Source: Patescibacteria group bacterium (GTDB lineage Bacteria; Patescibacteriota; Patescibacteriia; UBA9934). From it: a stretch of 64,000 nt of DNA. Made by a program: the position numbers and the translations under genes. The DNA lies in NCBI GenBank assembly GCA_041661425.1, contig JBAZUI010000001.1, positions 8,507 through 72,506 of the forward strand. Direction: 5' to 3'. Shown one piece after another: positions 7,923 through 15,727 of this stretch. The notes below the pieces were generated by a model. It ran no database searches, was not told where the DNA came from, and was given only the letters and a program-made list of their open reading frames with translations. Positions within the stretch are counted from its first letter, which is position 1. Every line of letters begins with the position of its first letter.

Positions 7923-10433
7923 ATGACCGAAATCGATCGTCTTATCTATCTTGCTCTCGCCCTGCTAATTGGTTCGGGATTCCTTTTGGTTTTGATCTAT
8001 GGAATCCGGTCCTTTGTGCAGAATCGACCTCCTCTGCAAACCGGGAAGTGGAAGCACGTGACGCTCATGATCACGGTGCCAAAATTCGCAAACGAGGAAG
8101 AGACACGAAATGATGGCGGGATGCAGAAATTGCAAGAACGCATTGGGATTGCCGAAACATTCTATGCGGCCGTGGGAGGATTGTCCTCACAAAAGGGAAT
8201 CACAGCCTGGTTTTTTGGTCGACAGGATCATCTTGCGCTGGAGATGGTCGCCCATGAAAAATTAATCACGTTCTACCTCACGGTTCCGCAGTATCTTTTG
8301 GAATTCGTGGAGCAACAACTTCATGCACAGTATCCCGACGCCAGCGTTCAACCGGTTGAGGATTATAATATGTTTTGCCCAACCGGGACGATTCTTGGTG
8401 GGTATGTGGAGTTAAAACGTGAGATGATTCTTCCAATCAAGACGTATAAAGAATCAGAATCCGATCCATTGAATGCCATCACTAATGCGCTTTCCAAAGT
8501 CCCCGAGGGAGAGGGAATGGCTGTGCAATATATGATCCGACCGGCGAAGTCAAGCTGGCGTTCCATGGGTCAGAGGATTTCCACAAACATGCACAAAGGC
8601 ATGAGCTATCGTGAAGCCGTAAAAGGAAAAAAGGGTTCGGGAAGTGGATGGGCGGAGATGATTTGGAAGAAGAAAGAAACCGATCCGCAAAAAGTTCAGC
8701 AAGAGAACCAACCGCGACAAATGTCACAAGCGGAGCAGGAAATGCTCAAGCGTATTGAAAATAAAATCAGCAAAGCCGGCATGGAAGTGAACATCCGATT
8801 GATGGCTTCTTCGCAAAGTGCCGATGCCGCGCAGGCAAACCTGAATCAAATCCTTCAGGCTTTTGCGCAGTACAATATCTACGAATACGGAAATGCATTT
8901 GTTAAGGCCATTCCTTCGAATAAATCGAAACTCGTCCGTGATTTTATTTATCGTCGATTTTCCACAAAGCATCAATGTCTTTTTAATACCGAGGAGATGG
9001 CCAGTCTTTGGCATTTGCCGCTTCCCACCACGGAAACGCCGTCCATCCGTTGGATGCTTGCGCGCATTGCCCCGGCGCCGGCTGGCATGCCGACGGAGGG
9101 TTTGCACATGGGGTATAACGATTATCGCGGCAAGCGCACGGATATTTTTATTAAGGAAAAAGATCGTCAGCGCCACATGTATCTCATTGGAAAAACCGGA
9201 TCGGGAAAATCGTGGTTTTTGCGGTATATGGCCGTGCAGGATATTCGCGCAGGAAAAGGTGTTTGTGTGATCGATCCGCATGGCGATTTGGTAGATGATA
9301 TTTTGGGCACGATTCCAAAAGAACGAATTGATGATGTGGTCTATTTCTGCCCGGCCGACACCGAACGTCCCATGGGACTCAATATGCTCGAGGCGCCCAA
9401 TGAGAGCATGAAAGATTTTGCGGTTCAGGAAATGATTTCGATTTTTTACATGTTATTTCCGCCGGAAATGATTGGGCCAATGTTTGAGCACAACATGCGC
9501 AATTATATGTTGACGCTCATGGCCGACCAGCATGATCTGGGAACCATTGCGGAAATTCCACGCATGATTGCCGATGATGCGTTTCAAAAATCTTGGGTTG
9601 ATAAAGTCAAAGATCCGGTTGTCATGAGTTTCTGGAAAGATGAGATGGCGAAGACGTCCGATTATCATAAATCGGAAATGATGGGCTACCTTGTTTCGAA
9701 AGTCGGACGATTCGTGGAAAACGAAATGATGCGAAATATCATCGGGCAATCAAAATCCGCTTTTAATTTCCGCGAGATTATGGATTCCGGGAAGATTTTG
9801 CTCGTGAATCTTTCAAAAGGAAAAACAGGTGAGGTCAACGCGAATCTTTTGGGTCTCATCATTGTTGCAAAATTGCAGATGGCCGCATTCTCGCGCGCGG
9901 AGCTTCCCGAAGATCAGCGCCGCGATTTCTTTCTCTATATCGACGAGTTTCAAAATTTTATCACGCCTTCTATTGCAACGATTTTGTCTGAAGCTCGAAA
10001 ATATCGCCTTAATTTGATTCTTGCACACCAATACATGGGACAGCTCGTGAAAAACAACGATACGCAGATTCGTGATTCCATTCTTGGAAACGTTGGAAAT
10101 ATGTTTGTGGCGCGTATTGGTCCGGAAGATGCGGAGATTCTCTCGAAAATTTATGAGCCGACATTTTCCGGTTACGACTTGATGAATACAGACAATTTTA
10201 CATGGAATGCAAAAATTGTGGTTGACATGGCTCAGCTCAAGCCGTTTACCATGAAAGTGGCAACACCGGATAAGCCAAATCTCAAACTTGCCGAAGCGCT
10301 CAAGGAGATGTCACGTCTAAAATATGGTCGACCAAAGGCAATGGTCGAGCAAGAAATCGCCATGCGCGCGGGCATTGGCGCTGTGGCGGCTGGCACAGAA
10401 CGCACACCACCGCCCATTCCACCAACGATGTAA
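7923..10433 (+). CDS. membrane-anchored P-loop NTPase, TraD/TraG/VirD4 (T4SS coupling protein)-like / DUF87-like
   Basis: N-terminal TM helix. Walker A LIGKTGSGKS followed by VCVIDPHGDL, Walker B FFLYIDEFQNF, and LILAHQYMGQL. The size (836 aa) and motif spacing resemble coupling-protein/HerA-FtsK superfamily ATPases. Confidence 0.6.
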   Translation: MTEIDRLIYLALALLIGSGFLLVLIYGIRSFVQNRPPLQTGKWKHVTLMITVPKFANEEETRNDGGMQKLQERIGIAETFYAAVGGLSSQKGITAWFFGRQDHLALEMVAHEKLITFYLTVPQYLLEFVEQQLHAQYPDASVQPVEDYNMFCPTGTILGGYVELKREMILPIKTYKESESDPLNAITNALSKVPEGEGMAVQYMIRPAKSSWRSMGQRISTNMHKGMSYREAVKGKKGSGSGWAEMIWKKKETDPQKVQQENQPRQMSQAEQEMLKRIENKISKAGMEVNIRLMASSQSADAAQANLNQILQAFAQYNIYEYGNAFVKAIPSNKSKLVRDFIYRRFSTKHQCLFNTEEMASLWHLPLPTTETPSIRWMLARIAPAPAGMPTEGLHMGYNDYRGKRTDIFIKEKDRQRHMYLIGKTGSGKSWFLRYMAVQDIRAGKGVCVIDPHGDLVDDILGTIPKERIDDVVYFCPADTERPMGLNMLEAPNESMKDFAVQEMISIFYMLFPPEMIGPMFEHNMRNYMLTLMADQHDLGTIAEIPRMIADDAFQKSWVDKVKDPVVMSFWKDEMAKTSDYHKSEMMGYLVSKVGRFVENEMMRNIIGQSKSAFNFREIMDSGKILLVNLSKGKTGEVNANLLGLIIVAKLQMAAFSRAELPEDQRRDFFLYIDEFQNFITPSIATILSEARKYRLNLILAHQYMGQLVKNNDTQIRDSILGNVGNMFVARIGPEDAEILSKIYEPTFSGYDLMNTDNFTWNAKIVVDMAQLKPFTMKVATPDKPNLKLAEALKEMSRLKYGRPKAMVEQEIAMRAGIGAVAAGTERTPPPIPPTM

Positions 10434-10440
10434 GCGGTAG

Positions 10441-10472
10441 GGGCAGGTTACAGACTTGCCCTTTTGTTATTA
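10441..10472 (+). terminator. rho-independent terminator / REP-like hairpin GGGCAGGTTACAGACTTGCCC + TTTTGTTATTAT
   Basis: 8-bp stem (one G:U pair) with a T-run directly after the stop of 7923..10433. Closely related to the hairpin at 43023-43045. Confidence 0.6.
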
Positions 10473-10477
10473 TCGAA

Positions 10478-10508
10478 CCCCTCCTTTTTAAGGAGGGGTA
10501 AGGGGTGG
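10478..10508. repeat. palindromic repeat, copy 2: CCCCTCCTTTTTAAGGAGGGG + TAAGGGGTGG
   Basis: Matches the element at 3350-3381 except for the loop and one position. Confidence 0.7.
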
Positions 10509-10530
10509 TTGTGTGAAAAACTGGCGATCA

Positions 10531-10564
10531 AAAGCCCTCGGCCGAGACGACGGCTGAGGGCGAG
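10531..10564 (-). terminator. 34-bp hairpin repeat (copy 1) acting as terminator of minus-strand gene C1
   Basis: AAAGCCCTCGGCCGAGACGACGGCTGAGGGCGAG. On the minus strand it forms a hairpin followed by TTTTGATCGCC. An identical copy is at 11163-11196. Confidence 0.65.
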
Positions 10565-10586
10565 CAGTCTTGCGAAGCAAAGAAAA

Positions 10587-11045
10587 TCAGGGCGCAGCCG
10601 GCATCGAGTCGATGACAGCTGTGGGAGCTGGTGGCTCCGTCGAGAGGTCGATCTGCTCGAACCCTCCACGTGGATCGCTCGGAGGCATGGGGACTGATGG
10701 GATCCCGCCGTCCACGATGATCTGGTTGATCCTCTTGGCGTTTTCACACATCATGGGATCGCCCCCGGGCGCGCACGCCTCGACGACGTCCTGCCTCGAG
10801 CGCTCGTGCGTTCGAGCCTCGATCTTGTCGAGCTCCTCGGACTCGATCTTGTCGGGATGGGCGAGGAGCCATTCAATCCTCGCTTCGTCTTCCTCCTCCG
10901 TTGGAGTTCGCGATCCCTCGACGGCCGTGCTCATGGTTTGGAAGAGGAGGTATGACGAAACGCCTCCCACACAGATTCCTCCGGTTGCGAGACAGAGGAG
11001 GAGGATGATCACGATCAGCAGAACACTGTGTTTTCTCTTTTCCAT
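10587..11045 (-). CDS. GC-rich hypothetical membrane-anchored or secreted protein (153 aa)
   Basis: Start at MEKRK (ATG complement at 11043-11045), preceded by AGGAG. N-terminal basic stretch plus a TM helix (LLIVIILLLCLATGG), then a hydrophilic Pro/Glu-rich domain. G/C-rich codons. Confidence 0.5.
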   Translation of the reverse strand: MEKRKHSVLLIVIILLLCLATGGICVGGVSSYLLFQTMSTAVEGSRTPTEEEDEARIEWLLAHPDKIESEELDKIEARTHERSRQDVVEACAPGGDPMMCENAKRINQIIVDGGIPSVPMPPSDPRGGFEQIDLSTEPPAPTAVIDSMPAAP

Positions 11046-11091
11046 TGATGACGACTCCTGACCTGGGTTAGCTACCAGAGATGTACGTATG

Positions 11092-11120
11092 ATGTTAGAC
11101 AAGAAAAACAAATATGTCAA
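11092..11120 (-). promoter_or_regulatory. minus-strand promoter TTGACA-17-TAACAT for gene C1
   Basis: Read on the reverse complement: TTGACA at 11115-11120, TAACAT at 11092-11097, RBS AGGAG at 11055-11059. Confidence 0.5.
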
Positions 11121-11162
11121 TAGCTTTGTACAGACCTTGCCGATTAAGCCCTTAGAAACACG

Positions 11163-11196
11163 AAAGCCCTCGGCCGAGACGACGGCTGAGGGCGAG
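11163..11196 (-). terminator. 34-bp hairpin repeat (copy 2), terminator of minus-strand gene C2
   Basis: Identical to 10531-10564. On the minus strand it is followed by TTTCGTGTTTCT. Confidence 0.65.
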
Positions 11197-11209
11197 AAGA
11201 CGAAGTAGA

Positions 11210-11353
11210 CTACCTGGCCTGGAAGTACCAGGTATGCAGATTCCCCGGGCTCGGGGAGTTAATGAGGCCACGCGACTGCAACGTGGCCACGAGAATCAAG
11301 AGCGCCAAGGCCATGAAGATCATGACCCCAATCGTACGCGGATTATCCGCCAT
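11210..11353 (-). CDS. GC-rich hypothetical small membrane peptide (47 aa)
   Basis: Start at MADNP with GGAGG 5 nt upstream. One TM helix (IGVMIFMALALLILVA). The longer track ORF (71 aa) has no SD. Confidence 0.4.
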   Translation of the reverse strand: MADNPRTIGVMIFMALALLILVATLQSRGLINSPSPGNLHTWYFQAR

Positions 11354-11386
11354 CGGAGCCTCCATGGCTTTTAGTAGACGGCTATT

Positions 11387-11415
11387 AGTATGCTCCTTTT
11401 TGTCCTTTCTGTCAA
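11387..11415 (-). promoter_or_regulatory. minus-strand promoter TTGACA-17-CATACT for gene C2, divergent from the dnaX promoter region
   Basis: Reverse complement of 11410-11415 is TTGACA, and of 11387-11392 is CATACT. Confidence 0.4.
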
Positions 11416-11459
11416 CCATTTCCATTCACAGGTGGTCGTGCTAAAATGCGGCTACCTCT

Positions 11460-12998
11460 ATGGTACATGAAGCAATTTATCGGAAATATCGCCCGCAAGT
11501 TTTTGCGGATATTGTGGGGCAGTCTCACATTCGAACCACGCTTGAAAATCAACTCAAAACAAATCGCGTGGCTCATGCCTATCTCTTTTCTGGTCCGCGA
11601 GGAATCGGAAAAACAACCTGTGCGCGATTACTTGCGAAAGCCGTGAATTGCGAGCAACGCAAAGAAGGAAGCTCGGAACCGTGCAATGCATGTGAAGCGT
11701 GTCAAAACTTTTTGGCCGGGCGATCACTCGATATCGTGGAAATCGATGCGGCAACTCATACGGGCGTTGAGAATGTCCGCGATACGATTATCGATGCTGT
11801 CCGTTTTGCTCCGGCCGCAGGAAAATTCAAGGTCTTCATCATCGATGAAGTCCACATGCTTTCAACATCATCATTTAATGCGTTATTAAAAACGCTCGAG
11901 GAACCACCGGCCTATGCCATTTTTATTCTCGCGACCACGGAAATGCAGAAGATTCCTGAGACAATTCTTTCACGGTGCCAACGATTTGATTTTCGTCGCA
12001 TGAGTCCGCAGGAGATGCTTGATCGTTTACACACGATCCTTACAGCCGAAGATGTCGAAATTGAAGAAGAAGTGTTGCGAGCAATTATCCGTGCTTCCGA
12101 AGGAGCTTTGCGTGATGCAGAAAGTCTTTTAGGACAAGTGCTCGCTCTTGGGGAAAAGAAAATCACCAAGGAACTCGCTTCGCTTGTGATTCCGGTTGGA
12201 TCGATTGAAACAACTTCACACATCATTGCGGCTCTTGTGATGGGTGATGAAAAAGCGGCAATGGAAACACTGATCTCGTTTCAGAATCAGGGTGGAATGC
12301 CAACACTTTTGCTCGATGAGATGATTGAATACGTTCGCATGATTCTATTTGAGCGCATTGGTGCGCCGCATGACGATCGTTATCCCGATGTCATCATGCA
12401 AGAAATTCGCGCTTTAGCAAAAACATTTAATGAAGAACAATGTCTTTCTCTTTTGAATCTGCTTCTTGATGCAAAAGCTCGACCAGCAACTGATCCATTT
12501 CCTTCACTCCCGCTTGAGCTCGCCATGGTTCTTTTTTGTACGCAAAAACCTCGATCGATTCCGGTGCCGGTGGTCGTCACAGCGCCTCCATGTGTTGAGG
12601 GGGCGGATCTCCTTAAAACAATTCCCATTCAAAAGGGAATGCCAGAGAAGAAAGCAGAACCGGTTGTGACGCCGGAAAAGAAAGCGAGTTTTACACTTGA
12701 AGAGGTTCAGAACAAATGGGGACGTTGTTGCGAGGCGGTTGGCGCGCGAAATATCGCGCTTCCCATGGCGCTCAATGAAGCACGTCCGGAATCGTTTGAT
12801 GTAGATGGGCGATTGTGTATTCGATTCGATCGGGAGTTTCATTTTGAAACGCTTAATAAGCCTGGGAATCTGAAGATTCTTACTGAGGCCATTGCGGAGG
12901 TGATGCAATCGCCGGTGGTAGTGATGCCGATTTTTACAAAGAAACCCGAAGGAGAAGTGAACGATTTAGCTCAACAATTCGGCGGGGAAGTGATGTAA
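11460..12998 (+). CDS. dnaX: DNA polymerase III subunit gamma/tau
   Basis: N-terminal YRKYRPQVFADIVGQ, P-loop GPRGIGKTT, DEVHML, and the clamp-loader C-terminal domains. An extended -10 TGCTAAAAT lies 20 nt upstream. Confidence 0.93.
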   Translation: MVHEAIYRKYRPQVFADIVGQSHIRTTLENQLKTNRVAHAYLFSGPRGIGKTTCARLLAKAVNCEQRKEGSSEPCNACEACQNFLAGRSLDIVEIDAATHTGVENVRDTIIDAVRFAPAAGKFKVFIIDEVHMLSTSSFNALLKTLEEPPAYAIFILATTEMQKIPETILSRCQRFDFRRMSPQEMLDRLHTILTAEDVEIEEEVLRAIIRASEGALRDAESLLGQVLALGEKKITKELASLVIPVGSIETTSHIIAALVMGDEKAAMETLISFQNQGGMPTLLLDEMIEYVRMILFERIGAPHDDRYPDVIMQEIRALAKTFNEEQCLSLLNLLLDAKARPATDPFPSLPLELAMVLFCTQKPRSIPVPVVVTAPPCVEGADLLKTIPIQKGMPEKKAEPVVTPEKKASFTLEEVQNKWGRCCEAVGARNIALPMALNEARPESFDVDGRLCIRFDREFHFETLNKPGNLKILTEAIAEVMQSPVVVMPIFTKKPEGEVNDLAQQFGGEVM

Positions 12999-13015
12999 TT
13001 GTTTTAATAAAATAG

Positions 13016-13055
13016 TGATGACAGAAGTGGTCCGATCGGACCACTTCTGTCATCA
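13016..13055. promoter_or_regulatory. 40-bp perfect palindrome TGATGACAGAAGTGGTCCGA|TCGGACCACTTCTGTCATCA (terminator for dnaX and/or operator; centre GGTCCGATCGGACC)
   Basis: Perfect 20+20 inverted repeat read directly, 17 bp upstream of the TTGACA at 13072. Confidence 0.6.
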
Positions 13056-13071
13056 GGGCGGTAACCGCGCG

Positions 13072-13100
13072 TTGACAGGTGCGCCTTTTTGGCGTATTAT
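13072..13100 (+). promoter_or_regulatory. sigma70-like promoter TTGACA-17-TATTAT
   Basis: Canonical hexamers with a 17-nt spacer, followed by a ~100-nt 5'UTR carrying a second palindrome. Confidence 0.55.
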
Positions 13101-13139
13101 TTTCGGTCCTTTTCTAACGTTATCGATCGTTTCATAAAT

Positions 13140-13153
13140 GGTCCGGTCGGACC
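13140..13153. promoter_or_regulatory. operator-like perfect palindrome GGTCCGGTCGGACC in the 5'UTR
   Basis: 14-nt perfect palindrome; a sibling of the core at 13029-13042 and of 5460-5473. Confidence 0.5.
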
Positions 13154-13201
13154 TTTTGTGAAACGATCACGCTCTTTCGTATTCTCATCCTGGAGGTTCC
13201 C

Positions 13202-14197
13202 ATGCTGTTCATTCTCCTTGTGGCTTGCGCGTCGCAGGTTGAGCAGGACTTCATGACTCATGACGAGGTTCTGCCTGAGGAGGAGGTTGTTGCGGAAAAA
13301 GTTTCACCGGTCCTCGCGACGATTCGACCTGAGGATGCGGCGCTCGCGGAAGCGCGACTCCTTGCGCAGAACTGTGACAACGAAGCCTTTCGGAAGGTGA
13401 CGTATCCGGATGATCCGTCGTCAACGTTCTGTCACTACATCGCGTACGCTCACTTGAGCGATCTCGAGGGTGAGTTCGATGTCTCGCAAGACATCGTCAA
13501 CCTCATCGATGTGAACTTCGAGTACATCGGGTACGAGGTGTATTGGACGACAATCGCACGCGAGAATGCGGGTTTTGCTGAGAACACTAATGTGCGATAC
13601 GTCGGTGTTCTCGAGTGGCTCTACACGCAATGGCAGGAGAAACTTGTTCAAGCGGGCCTTAAGGGAGGGGTCCGTTATAACAATCCCGCGCTCCTTCGCT
13701 CCTACCCTGCGGTTGTCACGAAATGCGAGGGCGACACGAGCTGGGGATGGACGGTTACGACTCTCAGCTACGTCGTGAGCGTGCTTCGCGGTCACCCGGG
13801 CGAGCATCACCTCTTGGACGAGAAGCTCGCCGCTGATGAGAAGATGTGGATGCGACGTGCGGCTGACACCTACCACATTGGCTGTATCGGTGACCGGGAC
13901 GAACGGAATTACGCGGAAGCGTACTTCTATTATTCCGAGGTCGGCGAAATGCCAATGGCTCGCAGGATCGCTCGCATGCAAGCCGAAGCCGGGCTTGCTC
14001 AATTGACGGGTCGAACGCCGTCATGCAACCGAGAATCCTGGTGTTCCTGGCGCCAAGGAGATCTCACCACATACATCATGTGGATGGAGAATGCGGGCAT
14101 GACGAAAGAGGAGCAATGGCTCGAGCTCAAAAAACTCGAAGCCAAACACCCGCCGCCCGAAGTCCTCGATCTCATCCGCTCTCACGAGCCGTCGTGA
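13202..14197 (+). CDS. GC-rich hypothetical lipoprotein (331 aa)
   Basis: GGAGG RBS. N-terminal MLFILLVAC is a lipobox-like signal peptide. G/C-ending codons throughout, no recognisable family. The antisense ORFs here are artefacts of GC richness. Confidence 0.55.
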   Translation: MLFILLVACASQVEQDFMTHDEVLPEEEVVAEKVSPVLATIRPEDAALAEARLLAQNCDNEAFRKVTYPDDPSSTFCHYIAYAHLSDLEGEFDVSQDIVNLIDVNFEYIGYEVYWTTIARENAGFAENTNVRYVGVLEWLYTQWQEKLVQAGLKGGVRYNNPALLRSYPAVVTKCEGDTSWGWTVTTLSYVVSVLRGHPGEHHLLDEKLAADEKMWMRRAADTYHIGCIGDRDERNYAEAYFYYSEVGEMPMARRIARMQAEAGLAQLTGRTPSCNRESWCSWRQGDLTTYIMWMENAGMTKEEQWLELKKLEAKHPPPEVLDLIRSHEPS

Positions 14198-14210
14198 CTC
14201 TGCCCTTCGT

Positions 14211-14249
14211 GGCCGTTCCTGCACCTGCGGGGACGGCCGCTGTATTTTA
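14211..14249 (+). terminator. rho-independent terminator (GGCCGTTCC...GGGACGGCC + TGTATTTTAT)
   Basis: GC stem followed by a T-rich run after the stop of 13202..14197. Confidence 0.5.
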
Positions 14250-14260
14250 TACAAAAAACT

Positions 14261-14306
14261 ATGAATTGATATTCATGGTTTTTTTGTGGTTCCCGGACAG
14301 GGATTC
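14261..14306. repeat. direct repeat duplicating the 3' end of tRNA-Gln plus flank (gatattcatggtt...tggttcccggacagggattc)
   Basis: A 20-nt exact match to 14461-14480, with matching flank gatatt(t)catggtt. This is an att-like duplication of the tRNA 3' end. Confidence 0.6.
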
Positions 14307-14460
14307 CTCCTCATCCGTCGTTCGCGTGTTCCCTCGGAACAGGCTCACTCCTCCTTCAGAGCCGGGGTCGTCCAAAACGTAAAGTAGTTTACGTTTTGTC
14401 CGTACCCTTCGAATCCCTGTCGTAAATAAAATATCGCCAGCCGAAGCTGTCGATATTTCA

Positions 14461-14534
14461 TGGTTCCCGGACAGGGATTCGAACCCCGATTCCCAGGACC
14501 AAAACCTGGTGTCCTGCCCTTAGACGATCCGGGA
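14461..14534 (-). tRNA. tRNA-Gln (anticodon TTG)
   Basis: Reverse complement folds by hand into a cloverleaf: acceptor TCCCGGA/TCCGGGA, D-stem GTCT/GGAC, anticodon stem CCAGG/CCTGG with loop TTTTGGT, T-arm CGGGG-TTCGAAT-CCCTG, CCA encoded; 74 nt. Confidence 0.8.
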
Positions 14535-14626
14535 TCAATGTGGCAAAAGAATACGAGAAAATAATTCTTTTGTCAATCCAATCAATCTGCTTGATTTTCC
14601 TTCACAAATCCGCTATCTTGAGCCTC

Positions 14627-15718
14627 ATGGAAACGAAAAAACAGCGCGTTTTGCTTGGGATGAGCGGCGGAGTCGATTCATCGGTTGCGGCTGTTTTATT
14701 ATTGGAGGCTGGCTATGTGGTGGTTGGCACCTTCATGAAGAATTGGAGCAATGGCACACAGAATTCAGAATGTGACTGGCGCGAGGAACGTCGCGATGCC
14801 ATGCGTGTGGCCGCTCAATTGGGAATCGAGCTTCACACGTTCGATTTTGAGAAGGAGTATCGCGCCGAAGTTTTTGAATACATGATTGCTGAGTATCGAT
14901 CCGGTCGGACTCCGAATCCCGATGTCTTGTGCAATAAATACATGAAGTTTGGTTACCTTCTCAATGAATCGAAAAAACTTGGTTGTGATTTTATCGCAAC
15001 CGGTCATTATGCACGTCTTCATCGCGATGCTCGCGGTGTGGCGCATCTTTTGGCGGGTGTGGATCCAGAAAAGGATCAAAGCTATTTTTTGTGCCAGCTC
15101 ACACAGGATCAACTCAAGCATTGTCTTTTTCCGATCGGCGATCTTCTGAAATCACGTGTGCGAGAAATTGCGCGTGCGCATGAACTTCCAGTAGCTGAAA
15201 AAAAAGATAGTCAGGGAATTTGTTTTATCGGTCAAGTTTCACTTTCAGATTTTTTGAAAACACGTATTCCACCGGTTCCTGGAAAGATTGTGACACCTGA
15301 TGGAACAATCCTCGGTAATCATCAGGGCTACGCGTACTACACCATTGGTCAGCGTGAAGGGTTGGGGATTGGCGGTGGCGAGCCTTATTTTGTCACGGAG
15401 ATTCGTCCGACGACGAATGAAGTTGTCGTTGCAAAGGAAGGAGATCCCGCGCTTTTTTCAAGTGGAGTTGAGGCGATTGGTGTTTCCGAGTCGATTCCCG
15501 GAATTCTAAAATCAAAAATTTCGTATCTTGCTCGCTTGCGATATCGTCAGCCACTCCTTGCGTGCACCATCGAATCGTTTGAGAATCAAAAGATGACGGT
15601 TCGATTTACGGAAGCACAACGTGCCGTGGCTCCGGGTCAATTCATCGCATTTTATGATCAGTCGGGTGAGGAATTGCTCGGATCCGCCATCATCGACAAA
15701 GCCCTTCATTTTGAGTAG
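14627..15718 (+). CDS. mnmA: tRNA 2-thiouridine(34) synthase MnmA
   Basis: PP-loop VLLGMSGGVDSSVAA plus conserved Cys residues. The longer upstream ORF has no support. Confidence 0.9.
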   Translation: METKKQRVLLGMSGGVDSSVAAVLLLEAGYVVVGTFMKNWSNGTQNSECDWREERRDAMRVAAQLGIELHTFDFEKEYRAEVFEYMIAEYRSGRTPNPDVLCNKYMKFGYLLNESKKLGCDFIATGHYARLHRDARGVAHLLAGVDPEKDQSYFLCQLTQDQLKHCLFPIGDLLKSRVREIARAHELPVAEKKDSQGICFIGQVSLSDFLKTRIPPVPGKIVTPDGTILGNHQGYAYYTIGQREGLGIGGGEPYFVTEIRPTTNEVVVAKEGDPALFSSGVEAIGVSESIPGILKSKISYLARLRYRQPLLACTIESFENQKMTVRFTEAQRAVAPGQFIAFYDQSGEELLGSAIIDKALHFE

Positions 15719-15727
15719 GATATCGCT

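Noticed and set aside
11446-11646. 66-aa ORF overlapping the dnaX start
   Set aside because: Out of frame with dnaX, which has unmistakable clamp-loader motifs from its own ATG at 11460.
13421-14254. Long minus-strand ORFs (193, 86 and 77 aa) inside the GC-rich lipoprotein gene
   Set aside because: They are antisense to a well-supported ORF that has a promoter and RBS. Open frames arise easily in GC-rich DNA, and they have no SD or promoter.
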